A stretch of DNA of 64,000 nucleotides from Eledone cirrhosa (GCA_964016885.1 OZ024743.1:21204001-21268000); one strand, 5' to 3'. Positions 1 through 60,336 are shown, counted from the stretch's first letter. Made by a program: numbers and translations. Notes: a model not told the origin generated them from the letters alone.

Positions 1-870
1 GTTGGTTTCTGCATTGGGGCTTACAGTCAGCTTTAAAAAACCAAAGTAATGTTTACCCTGTTCCTGGAGAACCATATACTGAACCCCATATCATGGTTGA
101 TGGAATTAGGTTGGGAGTAGTAGATAAATTTGTCTACTTGGGTAGCCCACTCTCAAATGATGGCTCTTTTGATACTGAAATACATCTGCGCATCCAGAAG
201 GCTTTCGGAAAATTGTAAAAGAGAGTTTGGGCAAATCACAACATTACCAACAATACCAATGTGTGTGTGTAGATCATGTGGTCTGTCTGCTCTTTAATAC
301 TCCACCGAAACCTGGACGCTATTCCGCAAACACACCAAATTGCTTTTGAGTTTTCAGCAGAAATGTTTAAGGCACATATTCAACATCAAGCAGCAAGGCA
401 GAACTCCTGACATCCATGTCCTTATCAAAGCAAAATGTCCAAACATTGAGTCCCAAGTAACATCTTCTCAAATGCACTGGGCAGGACATATCATCTGCAT
501 GAAAGAAAGCAGGATCCTGAAGCAAATGTTTTACAGTGAGTTTCATCTTGGAAAAAGGCCTCAACACAAACCGAAAATTAGGTTCAAGGACAGCATCAAG
601 AACAATCTCAAAGAGCTGGCATTTGATATAGGCAACTGGGAGGAGATAGCTCTAAATAGAGCTGAGTGGAGAAAGCACATAAAGGACAGTTGCAAAACTT
701 TTGAGGAATGTTGTCTAGAACATAAACAACTGAAGCAGCAGCTCCAGAATGGCTGTGATCACAGTCTTGATGAAGTCATCTGTAGTTAGACAGGTAATTT
801 CTGTCGGCATGTACTCCTCTCAAAGGCCAGTTATGTTAATCACCTGAAGTCACACGAAAAGATAACCTCC
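1..870 (+). mobile_element. Decayed RTE (BovB-like) LINE, 3' part
   Basis: KKTKVM..DKFVYLGS..YSTETWT..WAGHI..MFYSE..GKRPQHKPKIRFKDSIK, with stops and frameshifts. Confidence 0.8.
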
Positions 871-929
871 TGCAATGATTTATTTAATTGTTATAAATTG
901 GCCAAAAAAAAAAAATCCCTCCATTGGGT

Positions 930-3831
930 ATATGAACAGAATGAAGCTATACTGAGACGAAATTCACCCAGAGCTAAATAACCCCACAACCAAACAATTA
1001 CGCCAACAAGCATCGCTTCTTGAATGTAAAAGTAAAATAAACATTATTAATTGTAAGTCCCGCAGAACAAACATGCAATCAACACCATGTTGCTATGCTA
1101 CTAGACTTTCTAGCAGCCAGGATAAACAGTCCCTTGAAACAAATATGCCGGGAGGAAATTTATCCACATGTACCATCTGAGTCTGCCTCAACTGTTGTGG
1201 AAAACACTATTGATAATAATAATCAAAAGTATAAACAATTGAAATTTTCTTTCAACGAAATCTTCCAGAGAGAAATTAATTCATGTACAAATATTTCTCT
1301 TGCTGAACGTAATAAAAAAGCAATACTAAATAAAATAAAACCAAATAATGAAATCTCACATGCTATTGACGAATTAGGGGATGAATATTTATGATGAATT
1401 AACCACCCCATATTTAGCAAATCAATGCCTGTTTATATGCCCTAGCAACAACAGTGAAGCATTATCTTGGTAATAACAGAGATATTAACAAAAACAAAAC
1501 ACCATCATATATAACTAGAATAGAAAAAAAGATTGCTGACCATATGTGACAATGCTCCTTATTTGCAAACAAACAAAGACAAAAAACTTCATTTTTCATC
1601 AACAAAGAGTGAAAAATAAAATAAAAACGATGTTTGGTGCTAGTACAACTGGACCTCTTCCATATAAGCTGATCCTGCTCAAACAAGAATTTAGAACTGT
1701 AAGTGAGGAAGAGGGTAGATAAAAGAATAGTACTTAATAAAAGATTCAGATGAAACCAAACATCAGTCTATAGAGATATGAAGGGCAAAGTAATAAATGC
1801 CACTGAGGCCCTATCCCAGAAAGACACAGATTCCTTCTGGACAAAAATAAGGGGTGAAAAGAAGAATTTCAACCAACATGCAGTATGGCTAAAAGAAATC
1901 CAAAAGAACTATTGCTCCTACACTACAACAAAAACATACAAAATAAATGAGGATACCCTTGAGACTGTGATAGGAAAACTCCAAGATAAGAAAACACCAG
2001 AAAGAGACTTGATTGTCGGCTACTGGTACAAAAGACTGATATTCTATCAGATGTATCTTATTGACCTCTACCAACAAGCTCTTAAGGGAGATACACATAT
2101 ACCAGAATGGTTGACATTAGCACAAACAATACTAGTCCCCAAGAACAAAGACACCCACTTGGCAAAAAACTACTGACCCATTGCATGCCAGAACCTGATG
2201 TATAAGATGTATACAGCCCGCCTGAACCTATTTCTTCAAGATCACTGTGAAAATAATAACATCATCACAGATGAACAAGCAGCTGGAAAGAAAGGTGTTT
2301 GGGTGTGTGCTGAACAACTAATTAACAAAACTGTGATGTGGGACTACAGGAGAGCATTTGATTCTGTTCCCCACTCTTGGATGATAGAGGCTCTCCAACT
2401 TGCTAAAGTTCCAGGCATTATTATCAGAGCCATAGGGAAGCTGTTGACATTAAAACTCGAAAAATCCTAAACAATACCAGAAACTTTCACATCAACAGTG
2501 ATTTAGACCACCTCTACTTGAAATGTAAGCAGGGAGGCAGAGGGCTAACATCAGTCCAGACAGCATTTGAATGTCACATCATATCCCTCGACAACATTTA
2601 TGAACCTCCAAATGTAGAAGCCCATCTACTGAGCAAGTTTGTCTGCATGAGGCAGATAAGATCATGAGAGTTGGGAAGGAACTCCTTGAAAGATACTCCC
2701 TGCATGATAATCAAAAGCTCACTCCCAGGGAAATTACCCAGCAATACTGCAGCGAATCCATGGACAAAAAACTGCATGCTTATCAGCAAAAAGTCATGCA
2801 TGGATATGTTGCCAGGAAGCTCCAGAGTGAGAGTAATATAGATAAGCAATGTAATCTATCTTGGACCAACAACCGCTATATTGGCTCCCACTTTGAAGGA
2901 TATGCTTTTGCCATCCAAGAACAGGAAATCAACACAAAATACCCAATTCACAAAGAGATAGGGATGCAAGCAAAACACTTAGTTGTGATAACAAGTGCAG
3001 ACCCTGCAGAATTAACATCAAGGATGTCATCCATGTCATAAGCAGCTGTCCAAAGATGTTATTATGGTACTATCTACCTATGAGGCATGATGTAGTGGCC
3101 AAAACACTGTACAATGCAATCTGTAGAAAAGATAGCCCCAACAATAAACACATTAAAAGCTACAGCAATGTGGAAGACATACATATATACATAATATGAA
3201 AGAGTACTGGTGGAATGTTCCAGTAAAAACTCCAATAAAATACAAACATAACAGACCAAATATAATGATATGGGACATGGAAAAGAAGGCATGCACAGTA
3301 GTGGAAGTTAGCTGGCCAGCAGATGCCAATATAATATCAAAGATTAGAGAAAAAGAGAATATCTATGTAGAACTAATGAAAAATCTGCAGATATTCTACC
3401 CTGACTGTACCTTCAGATTTATACCTGTGATTATTGGGGCACTGGGATATGTTAGTAACTGCCTTAGTACATATCTTGAGAAGCTAGGCTTGATAGAACT
3501 AGAAAGAATACAACAAGTTAGAAAATTACAAGTGCAATCAATTAATGGAACAGTAAAAACATGTAAAACATTCCAAAAATTCTGCATCGAATAACTGTAC
3601 AGATACAAAGCATATACACATGTATGTGTGGATGTGGATGTTTTGAGTTGTATAACTCAAAACATCCACATCCACACATACATTAATATCCATACATGCA
3701 CATACATGCAGACATGCATACATATCTACCTACTTCATGTTGTTTAAATTCCAGTGAGAGAATCTTGTGTCTATGTTAGAAACTGGCTCTCTCTATTGGT
3801 AAAAGTTTATAAAATTATAAAACCAGAAGAA
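930..3831 (+). mobile_element. Decayed R4/Dong-clade non-LTR retrotransposon (RT plus REL endonuclease), internally deleted
   Basis: NY*PIACQNLMYK, DYRRAFDSVPHSW, CCHC knuckle (C..C..HVISSC), RHDVVAK, HNRPNIMIWD..VVEVSWP..K, FIPVIIGALG; 5' boundary approximate. Confidence 0.8.
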
Positions 3832-3846
3832 CACACATACATACAT

Positions 3847-3905
<59 letters not shown>

Positions 3906-4160
3906 CAAACTCACTCACATACATATATACATACACGCACACATACATAGATACATACATGCATACATACATGCATACATACATGCATACAGACATACAT
4001 ACGTACATATACATACAAACATACATACGTACAAACATACATAGAAACATACATGCATACATACATACATACATACATGAATCTATACATACATACATAC
4101 ACACACAAACGTACAAACATACATACAAATACATACTTACACACATACGTACATACACCC
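3832..4160. repeat. (TA)n/(TACA)n microsatellite
   Basis: Directly visible. Confidence 0.95.
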
Positions 4161-4648
4161 ACATGTGTTTCCAACTGTGTAAATTTTGCCCCTCTCCCCT
4201 CCTTACATGGCGTCTGAAGCATCTATGTTTTATTTTCTGTCAAATATATTGAATTGAATTGAATTGAACATACACACACATATATACATATTCGTAAATA
4301 CTTGCATATACATATACCTATACAATCACATATACACACAATCACATATACACACAATCACATATACACACATATAAAATCAAATCAAAGTGACTAAAAA
4401 ATTAATTCACATCATGAAAGAATTCTCCAGAAAATTTCTCATGACATGAGAGAAAAGCGGATGCAAATTAATTAGTTTAAAAGTTGTTGTAACCTTATGT
4501 TTGTGTCTATGTGTGCATGCGTGTATGTGTATGTACCTGTGTGCTTGCATGTGTACACCTATATGTGTGTGTTATGTTGTTGTCCAACACAAACCTCAGT
4601 GTGTTTGTTAGTGAAGTCTTTATTTTATTTACATAATTATTTATTTAT

Positions 4649-5803
4649 CAAATTGTCTGTAGTACACTAAGCACTTCTATGTGTGTATACATGTGTTTGT
4701 AAGTGGCAAATTGGCTGTAGTACACTGAGCACTTCTAAGTGCGTATACATGTGTTTGTAGGTGGCAAATTGGCTGTAGTACACTGAGCACTTCTATGTGT
4801 GTATACATGTGTTTGTAAGTGGCAAATTGGCTGTAGTACACTGAGCACTTCTATGTGCGTATACATGTGTTTGTAGGTGGCAAATTGGCTGTAGTACACT
4901 GAGCACTTCTATGTGCGTATACATGTGTTTGTAGGTGGCAAATTGGCTGTAGTACACTGAGCACTTCTATGTGTGTATACATGTGTTTGTAAGTGGCAAA
5001 TTGGCTGTAGTACACTGAGCACTTCTATGTGCGTATACATGTGTTTGTAGGTGGCAAATTGGCTGTAGTACACTGAGCACTTCTATGTGTGTATACATGT
5101 GTTTGTAGGTGGCAAATTGTCTGTAGTACACTGAGCACTTCTATGTGTGTATACATGTGTTTGTAGGTGGCAAATTGGCTGTAGTACACTGAGCACTTCT
5201 ATGTGTGTATACATGTGTTTGTAGGTGGCAAATTGGCTGTAGTACACTGAGCACTTCTATGTGTGTATACATGTGTTTGTAGGTGGCAAATTGGCTGTAG
5301 TACACTGAGCACTTCTATGTGTGTATACATGTGTTTGTAGGTGGCAAATTGTCTGTAGTACACTGAGCACTTCTATGTGTGTATACATGTGTTTGTAGGT
5401 GGCAAATTGGCTGTAGTACACTGAGCACTTCTATGTGTGTATACATGTGTTTGTAGGTGGCAAATTGGCTGTAGTACACTGAGCACTTCTATGTGTGTAT
5501 ACATGTGTTTGTAGGTGGCAAATTGGCTGTAGTACACTGAGCACTTCTATGTGTGTATACATGTGTTTGTAGGTGGCAAATTGTCTGTAGTACACTGAGC
5601 ACTTCTATGTGTGTATACATGTGTTTGTATGTGGCAAATTGGCTGTAGTACACTGAGCACTTCTATGTGTGTATACATGTGTTTGTAGGTGGCAAATTGT
5701 CTGTAGTACACTGAGCACTTCTATGTGTGTATACATGTGTTTGTAGGTGGCAAATTGGCTGTAGTACACTGAGCACTTCTATGTGTGTATACATGTGTTT
5801 GTA
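4649..5803. repeat. 58-bp minisatellite, about 20 copies
   Basis: Unit ggctgtagtacactgagcacttctatgtgtgtatacatgtgtttgtaggtggcaaatt repeats every 58 nt (e.g. 4771, 4829). Confidence 0.97.
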
Positions 5804-6157
5804 GATAGAATACTTTGAGGTATTCTATCCAATATTCTCTGCTCTCTGAATTCAAATCCTGCTGATTCAATTCTGCCTTTCATCCATTGAAGGTAGATAA
5901 AAAAATGTGTTTAGTACTAGGTTTGATTCTTCTTCTATGTCTCTTTCTCACTTCCATTCTCTCACTCTCTCTCTCTTTAACCTTCCCAGGAAAAAATATG
6001 CTTTATTCAGACCTGAAGAAGCGATGGGCTCTGCCAGGTTTAAAAAATACCCTAAAAAAAGCTGTATGTCAATACCACCCCACTCAGGAATTATGCATCA
6101 AAGAAGAAGAAGATATATGTATCATAAATACATAGACTATGAGAGAATATACTTTAC

Positions 6158-51945
<45,788 letters not shown>

Positions 51946-52215
51946 CTGAAAATAAGACAATATATTATATGCAATGCGTTTTATAAAGAGATTATCACAA
52001 GGAGACTGTTTTTTAACACCGAACAATTCTAACTATAATGGAAGGCGTTTCTGGTGTTACTTTTCTCACAAATATATTACAATTTGTACTAAAAGAAATA
52101 TGGAAATTATATTTCATATAGAAAAGAAGGTATTGTTAAATGTAATAAGAGGGACAGAGAGAAAACGGGGCTTGTGTAAGAACTAGATACAATACAGTCT
52201 TACTTTTACACATAA

Positions 52216-52438
52216 AATAATGGTTTCGTATATAGGCATAAAGTAAGGAACTTTGGGGGAGGGGAAAGTCGATTAAATCGACCCCCAGTGCGTGACTGGT
52301 ACTTTATTTTATCGGCCCCATAAGGATGAAGGGCAAAGTTAACTTCGGCGGGATTTGAACTCAGATCATAAAAGACCGTAACTCTATGCTGCAAAGCATG
52401 GTGTCCGATCCTCTACCGATTCTGCCAATCCACCGCCC
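52216..52438 (-). mobile_element. SINE (long variant)
   Basis: Family core plus gtcgattaaatcgac segment. Confidence 0.83.
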
Positions 52439-53639
52439 TTTTTACACAGAATAATGAAAACATTTATAAAATATGAGAAATAATACTCAATCATCGCTCC
52501 CCACTTAGCAATAAAGATTAACAAGAAATGCATGAATATTTTATATACAGTGTTCCCACTATCCTTTTGATACAAATGAACAAGGAAAGGCGGGTACAAT
52601 ACCGATGACTTTCAAAGTACTTCCAAAGAAATGACTTATATACCCCTAATTCCCAATCCAACGATAGTAAACTGCATCTACTTCATGTTCCCTATTTGAC
52701 ACTTATTTAGAATATATTTAATTAATAGAAAATGAGAAAAATTATTGCTAGAACAGTCATTAAAACAAGCAAATGCTGTTAATGGCAGCAATGGGCAAAA
52801 ATGCTTCAGAAGACAGAGACCATCGTCTAGTCAATCCATGAAGTGGGTGACTGTTCTCTGGGACATCTTTACCCATCACTGTCATTGACAACACTTGGTT
52901 GTTTTAACGGCTGTTCTAGCAATCAGTTTTCTAATTTTTCCATGAATTCGAATATATCCTTGCTTCGTCTTGATCAGAGACAATAATGTTTATTCATGTA
53001 ATTTTATCATAGCTATGATTAGCTTTCTATTGGTTCTTCTCAAGTTCGGAAAACACAAGATAGGCACATCAGCAGTACTAAATACAGATGGAATCTTTGA
53101 TGAAAACAAATGAAAACCTGGAAGTACAGTAAACAATAGGGTATAGTGTGAGTGTCTATGATGAAGATTTTAAACAAAACACATGGAGTCACACAATATA
53201 CAGGTACATTCTTGAAGGGGTTGGTATTCATACATGTTTTATTATCGTAATCTACTTTGTAAGTACATTCTCAATTCTCAATTTTTTTAACAAAGGTAAA
53301 CAGAATAAGAGTGTTCAGCTGAATCATAACATTGCAAAGGCAATGTAAACACGAACGAGCGATGTACGCAAATATGAGAAAGGAAACAAAATTGTCTTTA
53401 ATTCATCATTTATTTAAAGTATTCGTATATTTTAAGTGGCACACATGATGGATACCTTTTGTCCTTCGCGTAGAGGAAAAGGTAAAAAAAATAAGCTGAC
53501 TACGTAGGAGGCATGCCCAGGGCAATGGAACTTATTGGTAGGGTTGCCAATATCCTACAACAATGGCATGAATGAAAGCAAATATATCAGCAAATCAGGT
53601 GTTTTAAGAGATTTTTCTCAATATTTTGAAGTGGCTAGG

Positions 53640-54350
53640 TACACACAAAAAGAAAAAATTTGCAAAGTGGAGAAAGTGTATATACTACAGCCAAACAGCG
53701 GTCGTGGCTCAATTCGGTGTCCTCCTCCTCCTCCTCCTCAACCGGTACTTTCTTGTTAAAGAGTGCACTGGCATCGGAGTGACTCAACGCCTCGGCCTCC
53801 GCGTATGTGAGTCACACAAATGCCGTTGTGGAACTGTCGTCGACGAGTTCGACCCAAATCCACTATCATGCCGCCAGCGCGCAGGCCGGTTCACCCGACA
53901 TGCCGCTTTCAACAACATAAGGAGAAGGAGCCTAGACGCAGCCGGCTTCCCGCCGCAAGAAGAGCCAGCAAGCTTTGACCCGACAGAATTACCCTCTTCC
54001 TATTCAAAGGAGGTAAATCCCTCATCTGGGACGTGACATGCTGTGACACGTTCTCCGGCTCCGACTACCAAGGGTACTATGACCCCCAATATAGAGGACA
54101 GGAAGACAAGCAAATACAGGGGCATGTCCGGCCAATTCCTCTTTGCATCGGTACCGTCAAGACCTCATACATCTTCGGACTACGGGCAGCTGGCCTCCTC
54201 CGTAAAGTTGGGATGACAGCAGTTCATCTGAGGAAGAAACCCCGCGAGGTGGGGTGGTTGTTGCAGCATGTGTCACTGGTTATTGTCCGCGGAAATGCCT
54301 TTACCATTTTGTCCGCGGAATGCAGCCAAAACACTACCCTGACATAAGTG
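53640..54350 (+). mobile_element. CRE-type non-LTR 3' fragment (Zn knuckle plus REL nuclease)
   Basis: CRCG..LSC..RHAAFN..KSLIWDVTCCDTF..WLLQHVSLVIVRGNA. Confidence 0.75.
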
Positions 54351-55142
54351 TAGTGTCTGTCAACCTCTCCCCTTCCTCATTTCTTTCTTTCGTTGCCTAA
54401 TAGTCCTTACATTTTTCATCTTTTCCCTTTCATTTATGGCATTTATAGTCCTTTTCAATACTGCTTTTTGTTGATGTATGTTTGACTGAATATTAGATTC
54501 AATTTATTCTAGGAATATATTTGAGTAATCTGTTTAATTACCGACATATATTTGCTAAAAAATAACGTGTCTAAATAATTTACCTAATACAGAAATATTC
54601 CACTATGATAGGCTTACCCATACGCTTGGGTTGCAATATTTACGAGATCTAAGAAGAAAAAAATAGGAAAGAAACCAGTGGCATTATACATGAAGTAAAC
54701 CTATTAATAAATATATACTGGACCTCTATATTTTTTATGGTATTAACGCTGTAAGTAAAAAGACATTATAACCAAGAATAGATAATGGGTTACAAAATCT
54801 ATTCTCCGAGAGAGAACCCGTTACTCTACAACCGTCGTAATAAGGTTGAATACATGACCTTTGATTTTTCGTAGTTAAGTAAACAATTTAAGATGAGAGT
54901 AATTATTCGAAGTATTTAGGGAATAATCTTCTATTTACTTTCTGGAGACGTTCTTAATTTGAACATTAAAAACAATTTTACAGTGCCAACACGAGATCTC
55001 TTCTATTCTATTAGGAAAGTAAGCGTTGCACGAAAAAAAACGACTATATTGTAGAATAAATGTTTCATTACCTTCCAGTGATCATGTCAAGTTCAGTGGA
55101 TATATATTGAAAAGATAGATAGAACGAGAGAGAGAGAGGCAG

Positions 55143-55187
<45 letters not shown>

Positions 55188-55190
<3 letters not shown>

Positions 55191-55380
55191 TTAATATAGA
55201 TGAGATTCTACAGGACTAGAACTGTTTCATTCTTTAGAAATCATCAGAGTTTCCTGATGATTTCTAAATAATGAAACAGTTCTAGTCCTATAGAATCTCA
55301 TCTATATTAAAACTTTTATACTCTGCAATGTATTGAGTACCTTACTTACTGTGGTTACCTCCGATTCAACCCGGAATAAC

Positions 55381-55385
<5 letters not shown>
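55188..55385. mobile_element. Palindromic twin-hammerhead element between (TA)n tracts
   Basis: 60-bp arms at 55188-55313, each with CTGATGA..GAAACAG; tail shared with 50667-50702. Confidence 0.75.
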
Positions 55386-55435
<50 letters not shown>

Positions 55436-55605
55436 TAAAAAGGAAAAGAAAATGCTGACGAATTTTTCCCAGTGAAAAATAATTTAATTAGGAATACGTA
55501 TAAATTAGTAATAAGTATTAGTTAGTATTCAGTTTTAGTTTTAAGTTTTTACCGGTTGCGCATTTCTTATGCGTTTCAAAAATAATTTCAAAAATAATTT
55601 CAAAA

Positions 55606-55639
<34 letters not shown>

Positions 55640-56117
55640 ACACAGGGTGTCCCCCAAAAATGTATACACAATTCAACAGTATTCTAATAAATATTGCGAA
55701 GTAGAGTTTTAATATTCATGAATATTAAGACTAATATTAAGACTAACATATATATATAAAATCAAGGTCTAGATTTATCCTTAATAGGATATCTCAAAAT
55801 GAGAACGAAACCCAAGGGTCGGGACGCAATCCTGGTATGTATATAAGCATTTCTAACTTTAATTTTATACCTAATTGTGTATGGTTGACCGTATATTTAA
55901 TTAATTTCCACGTGCTTTTGAAATGTTGGGTAAATATTCTATAGCGGTTGGCCACGAAGAGGCTGCTGTCGTTTATTTATTTACTGTTTATTCATAGGTG
56001 CCTTTTAATCTTATAGCCTGGTCTAATTGATTTTTTGTGTGGTTAATTATGCTAATTGGGAGAGGAAATTATGTATATATATTATCAAATGATTCTATGG
56101 ACATACTTTACTTTATA

Positions 56118-56184
<67 letters not shown>

Positions 56185-57003
56185 AAATTTCCCCTTTCTA
56201 TATCTACTACACGGAACTTTCCCATTATCCCTCTCTTTATATATACAACCACATAATTCTTCCCCTCGCTATATCTAATATACAAAACACTCTCCCAATA
56301 TCCGTCTTTATATCAATCATTTCCAAACTCACCCCATCGCCATTTCTATCACATTCTGCCGTAATCATCACAAACCTCCTCTATATTAAGACAATGCCTC
56401 ATCCAATCTCCCTCTATATATTTAGCAATATTTATCTCTCCCAACCACCTCATAATATCTACAAGCATTGCAATCTACCCCTCTCTATATCTGCTAAAAG
56501 AAACTCTCCCTCCAAATCCACCTCTCTATATCAATTACCACCATTTATCCCCCTCTCTATATCTACCATACAACACTATCTCTTATTCCCCTCACTATCC
56601 ACCACTACCAAACTCTCCCCCACTCTATATCTATCAATACCTATCTATCAATCCAAGACCTGACCATTTTGTATGCCTATCGATCCAGTAATATTTGTCC
56701 TGGTAAGTCTTTCAATCCTCTCAGTCTATTCATTAGAACCAAACTCTCCCTCTCTCTACATCAATCATACAACATTCTCTCCTAATACCCCTCTCTATAT
56801 CAATTAGCACCAAACTATACCCCTCTCTATTTCGGTCGAAAAATGTAATTATTGGGGGCGGGTGGGGGTGACATGGCCACGTGACCCCTCCCCCCAGTTC
56901 CACCACCCCTGATATACGTACATATATACATATATATACATACATATGTATATACCTACATACAGATATATATATACATACATACACACACACATATATA
57001 TAT

Positions 57004-57507
57004 AAAAGATTAAGACCCCGAGGGCTGAGCTCCGGCTGTTTCGATAGCTAGATCCGAACGCCTTCGGATATAGCTGTCGAAACGGCCGGAGCTCAGCCGT
57101 CGGGGTCCTCAATCTTTTCATATTACCCATTCTACTACCCCAAGTATCGAGTAATTGAATATAAAATAGAGATAAACACAGATATAAACTTACATATGTT
57201 CAAATTGTAAGGGACCAAGTTCGCTCGGTTGAAAAAAATACTAACTATTAACTATATGGTTTGCCATATAGTTAATAGTTAAATTAAATTTCCTTCGCTA
57301 ACAACTGCGAAACAGCCACCAAAGCTGTCTGGGTGTTCTGACAGTTGCCATATATAGGTTTGTTTTTCGTTTTCTTGATTTATTATTTTAAATTGAGTCT
57401 GGCAAACCATATAGTTAATAGCTAGTATTTTTTTTCAACTTGGCGAACTTGGTCACTTACAATTTGAACACATTTATATCTGTTTATCTCTATTTTATAT
57501 TCAATTA
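57004..57507. repeat. Two adjacent foldbacks (57004-57118; 57152-57507)
   Basis: Visible inverted arms; GAAAC stem-III-like halves present. Confidence 0.8.
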
Positions 57508-57682
57508 TATTACACGGCTCAGAAAAGCCTCTTTCTTTGAGTTATTTAATTGTAAGAGACTATTTTGAGTTTCTAACTCAATATATAGCTTTGATATATA
57601 ACCTAATAAAGCTTTATTTGTCTGCCTCTCTGTTTTGTTCCCGTATAAATTTGCACTATATATATATACATATATATTATTC

Positions 57683-58030
57683 AAAATATTAACAAATGAA
57701 AAATATTCTCATAATCAAAATATATACTTTATTATATATATTTCAAAGGTACTGTGTTGTTTTTTCAGTACATCCTCATCAGACAAAATATATGATTTGA
57801 TATATGACATACCGCTACGGTCTGATTATCCAATTCCAGTATTGGAATTGAATAATCAATACTGCCAATGTTGGAATTGAAAAATCAACACCGTAGCGGT
57901 ATGTCATATATCAAAGCATATATTTTGTCTGATGAGGATGTACTGAAAAAAAACAACACAGTATCTTTGAAATATATATAATAAAGTATATATTTTGATT
58001 ATAAGAATAATTTTCATTTGTTAATATTTT
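57683..58030. mobile_element. Palindromic twin-hammerhead element (hammerheads at 57724-57791 - and 57920-57989 +)
   Basis: atattttgt-CTGATGA-ggatgtactg..cagtatcttt-GAAA-t atat a-TA^ataaagtat on both arms. Confidence 0.82.
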
Positions 58031-58240
58031 GGCTAATATTAAAAACTCCAGGAAAACTTTTCTTGTTGAGTGCTTCTAATCTATTGTAAAATTGTATTAA
58101 TTGAGTAATCAACGAACCATACTAATCTTTGGTTATATACATATATATATATACATATATATGTTATATATATGTATATATACATATATATACATAAATT
58201 TATAAATATATATATACATATATATATACATATATATACA

Positions 58241-58280
<40 letters not shown>

Positions 58281-58335
58281 CATATATACATATATATATA
58301 TATACATACATATATACTTATATATATATACATAC

Positions 58336-58411
<76 letters not shown>

Positions 58412-58761
58412 GATATATTAACAAATGGAAACTATATTTATAAAACCATATTTATTTCATTATACAAATTTCAAGGACACCAAGTTTCCATTTGTTAATA
58501 TATCGTATTTTTACTCCAATAATTTGTTGAGTGCTTTATATCAGTTATAAAAATATTTGCTTGTTGTATCCCAACAATTTAAATAGAACTTCTACATATA
58601 TATATAAGCAAGATGTATGGTAGGTCGTATGTGAATCGCGATGATCACGTCTGACCTACCAAATATGCGACGGTAGCTAGTTAAGCTCTATGCGTATAAG
58701 CAGAGCAGAAATATTAATGAAAATGAACAAAGGAACTATTATGACATTATTACAAGTTTAT

Positions 58762-58808
58762 TGCCGACAGCCGTTTCGTCCGACCATATGGTGGGACTTT
58801 TCAAGGCA
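58762..58808 (-). ncRNA. Type-I hammerhead, U3-A8 core variant
   Basis: Minus strand tgcc-TTGAAAA-gtccc accatatggt cggac-GAAAC ggct GTC^ggca. Confidence 0.65.
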
Positions 58809-60113
58809 TATAACATGTGATTGTAAGTTCATTATTTACATCAACGTATCACTTAAGACTGGCAGTTTGAAATTGGGTATACATCAGCAGCTCCGCTTGT
58901 ATATTTGGGGTCTATATTCTAAGGGGGCTCTTTTATATTAGTTGTCGGAATTGTAAAAGGGATGGGTTATGGGGAGTTAAGAGAATTTGAAAATGGCCTA
59001 AGAGTCAGAGATTGAAGGTTAAAAATTAGATAATTTATAATTTACGCATTAAAAGTAAAAGACTTGGGATCTCGTAAAGCACCTTAAAAAATCCCTCAAT
59101 AAGTGCATAAAGCTTACAAGCCCCAATAAACTTAACAAACTAGAAGAGACTAAGAGACTAATAAAATAAAATAAAAAAATAAAGATATAAAGTTTCCCTA
59201 AAAAATTATAAAGTTTCCCAAGAAGTTCCCACGACAGAAAAAAATTTCTTTTGAAAGAAAAAAACTTTCTTCCCCAGAGATCTCGTTAAAAAATTTCAGA
59301 AAATTTACGAAGTTTTGATAATCTCTACTAAGTTGAAAGAAACTAATCAATTAAAGGTTAATTCAAAAAGCCTTCAATAAACCCCTCAGAAAAGGCCCCT
59401 TTAATATTTTTAATAGGAACCTCCTCCGAGAGACCCTTCGAAGAATTAAAATTTTAGAGAGCCTTTAAGGATATACATAAACGAATTGAGGAAAATTATA
59501 AATTAAAAGTTAAAAATTACGGTATTTGGGATATCCGAGGAATTTTCAAAGGGCTGCTTCAACAGAGACAACTTAGGTATAATAGATAAAATAATTTAAG
59601 TAATTTAAGTAATTTAATTAGGGAGCAATTCAAAGAGCTTATCAAGTTGGGCAAGATTAAAGAAAATTATAAGTAAGAAAATACATAAGCAAAAAGACAA
59701 TAATTATAAAATGTATTTTTAAAAAACAATAATTATAAAATGTATTTTTAAGAAGGTATAAGGTAGCTTCAGTAATCTAATAATGTACTATCAAAAAATT
59801 ATTATAAAATTATCACAAAATTATTATAAAATTATTATAAAATTATTACAAAATTATCATAAAACTATTGATACAGGATTAAAAAATTACTATAAAATTA
59901 TTGATACAGGATTAACAAAGACATAATAATATATTCCTGCCTAATTAACAAAAAAATCAATAAACAATTAACAGTCAAGCAAAATTAGCTCAGGGATATC
60001 CCGCTCTCGGATACTTTACACACATATAGCATCACATATGATTAACAAAGACATAATGGTATACTCCTGCGTAATTAACAAACAATCAATTAACAATTGA
60101 TAGTTAAGAAAAA

Positions 60114-60179
<66 letters not shown>

Positions 60180-60267
60180 ATATATATATATATATAAGTA
60201 TATATATATATGTATATATGTATATATATATGTATATATATATGTATATATATGTATATATATATTT

Positions 60268-60336
<69 letters not shown>

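Noticed and set aside
4649-5803. CRISPR-like regular array
   Set aside because: Units are contiguous with no unique spacers, the context is a eukaryotic intron, and no cas genes are present.
52700-53120. Candidate upstream SLC5 exon after a ttccag acceptor-like site
   Set aside because: The frames I translated contain stops or lack SSS motifs; the first exon or exons probably lie beyond the window.
55770-55830. Hammerhead half GAAACCCaaGGGTC (similar halves near 30160, 30615 and 63460)
   Set aside because: The CUGANGA half is missing or too degenerate to call.
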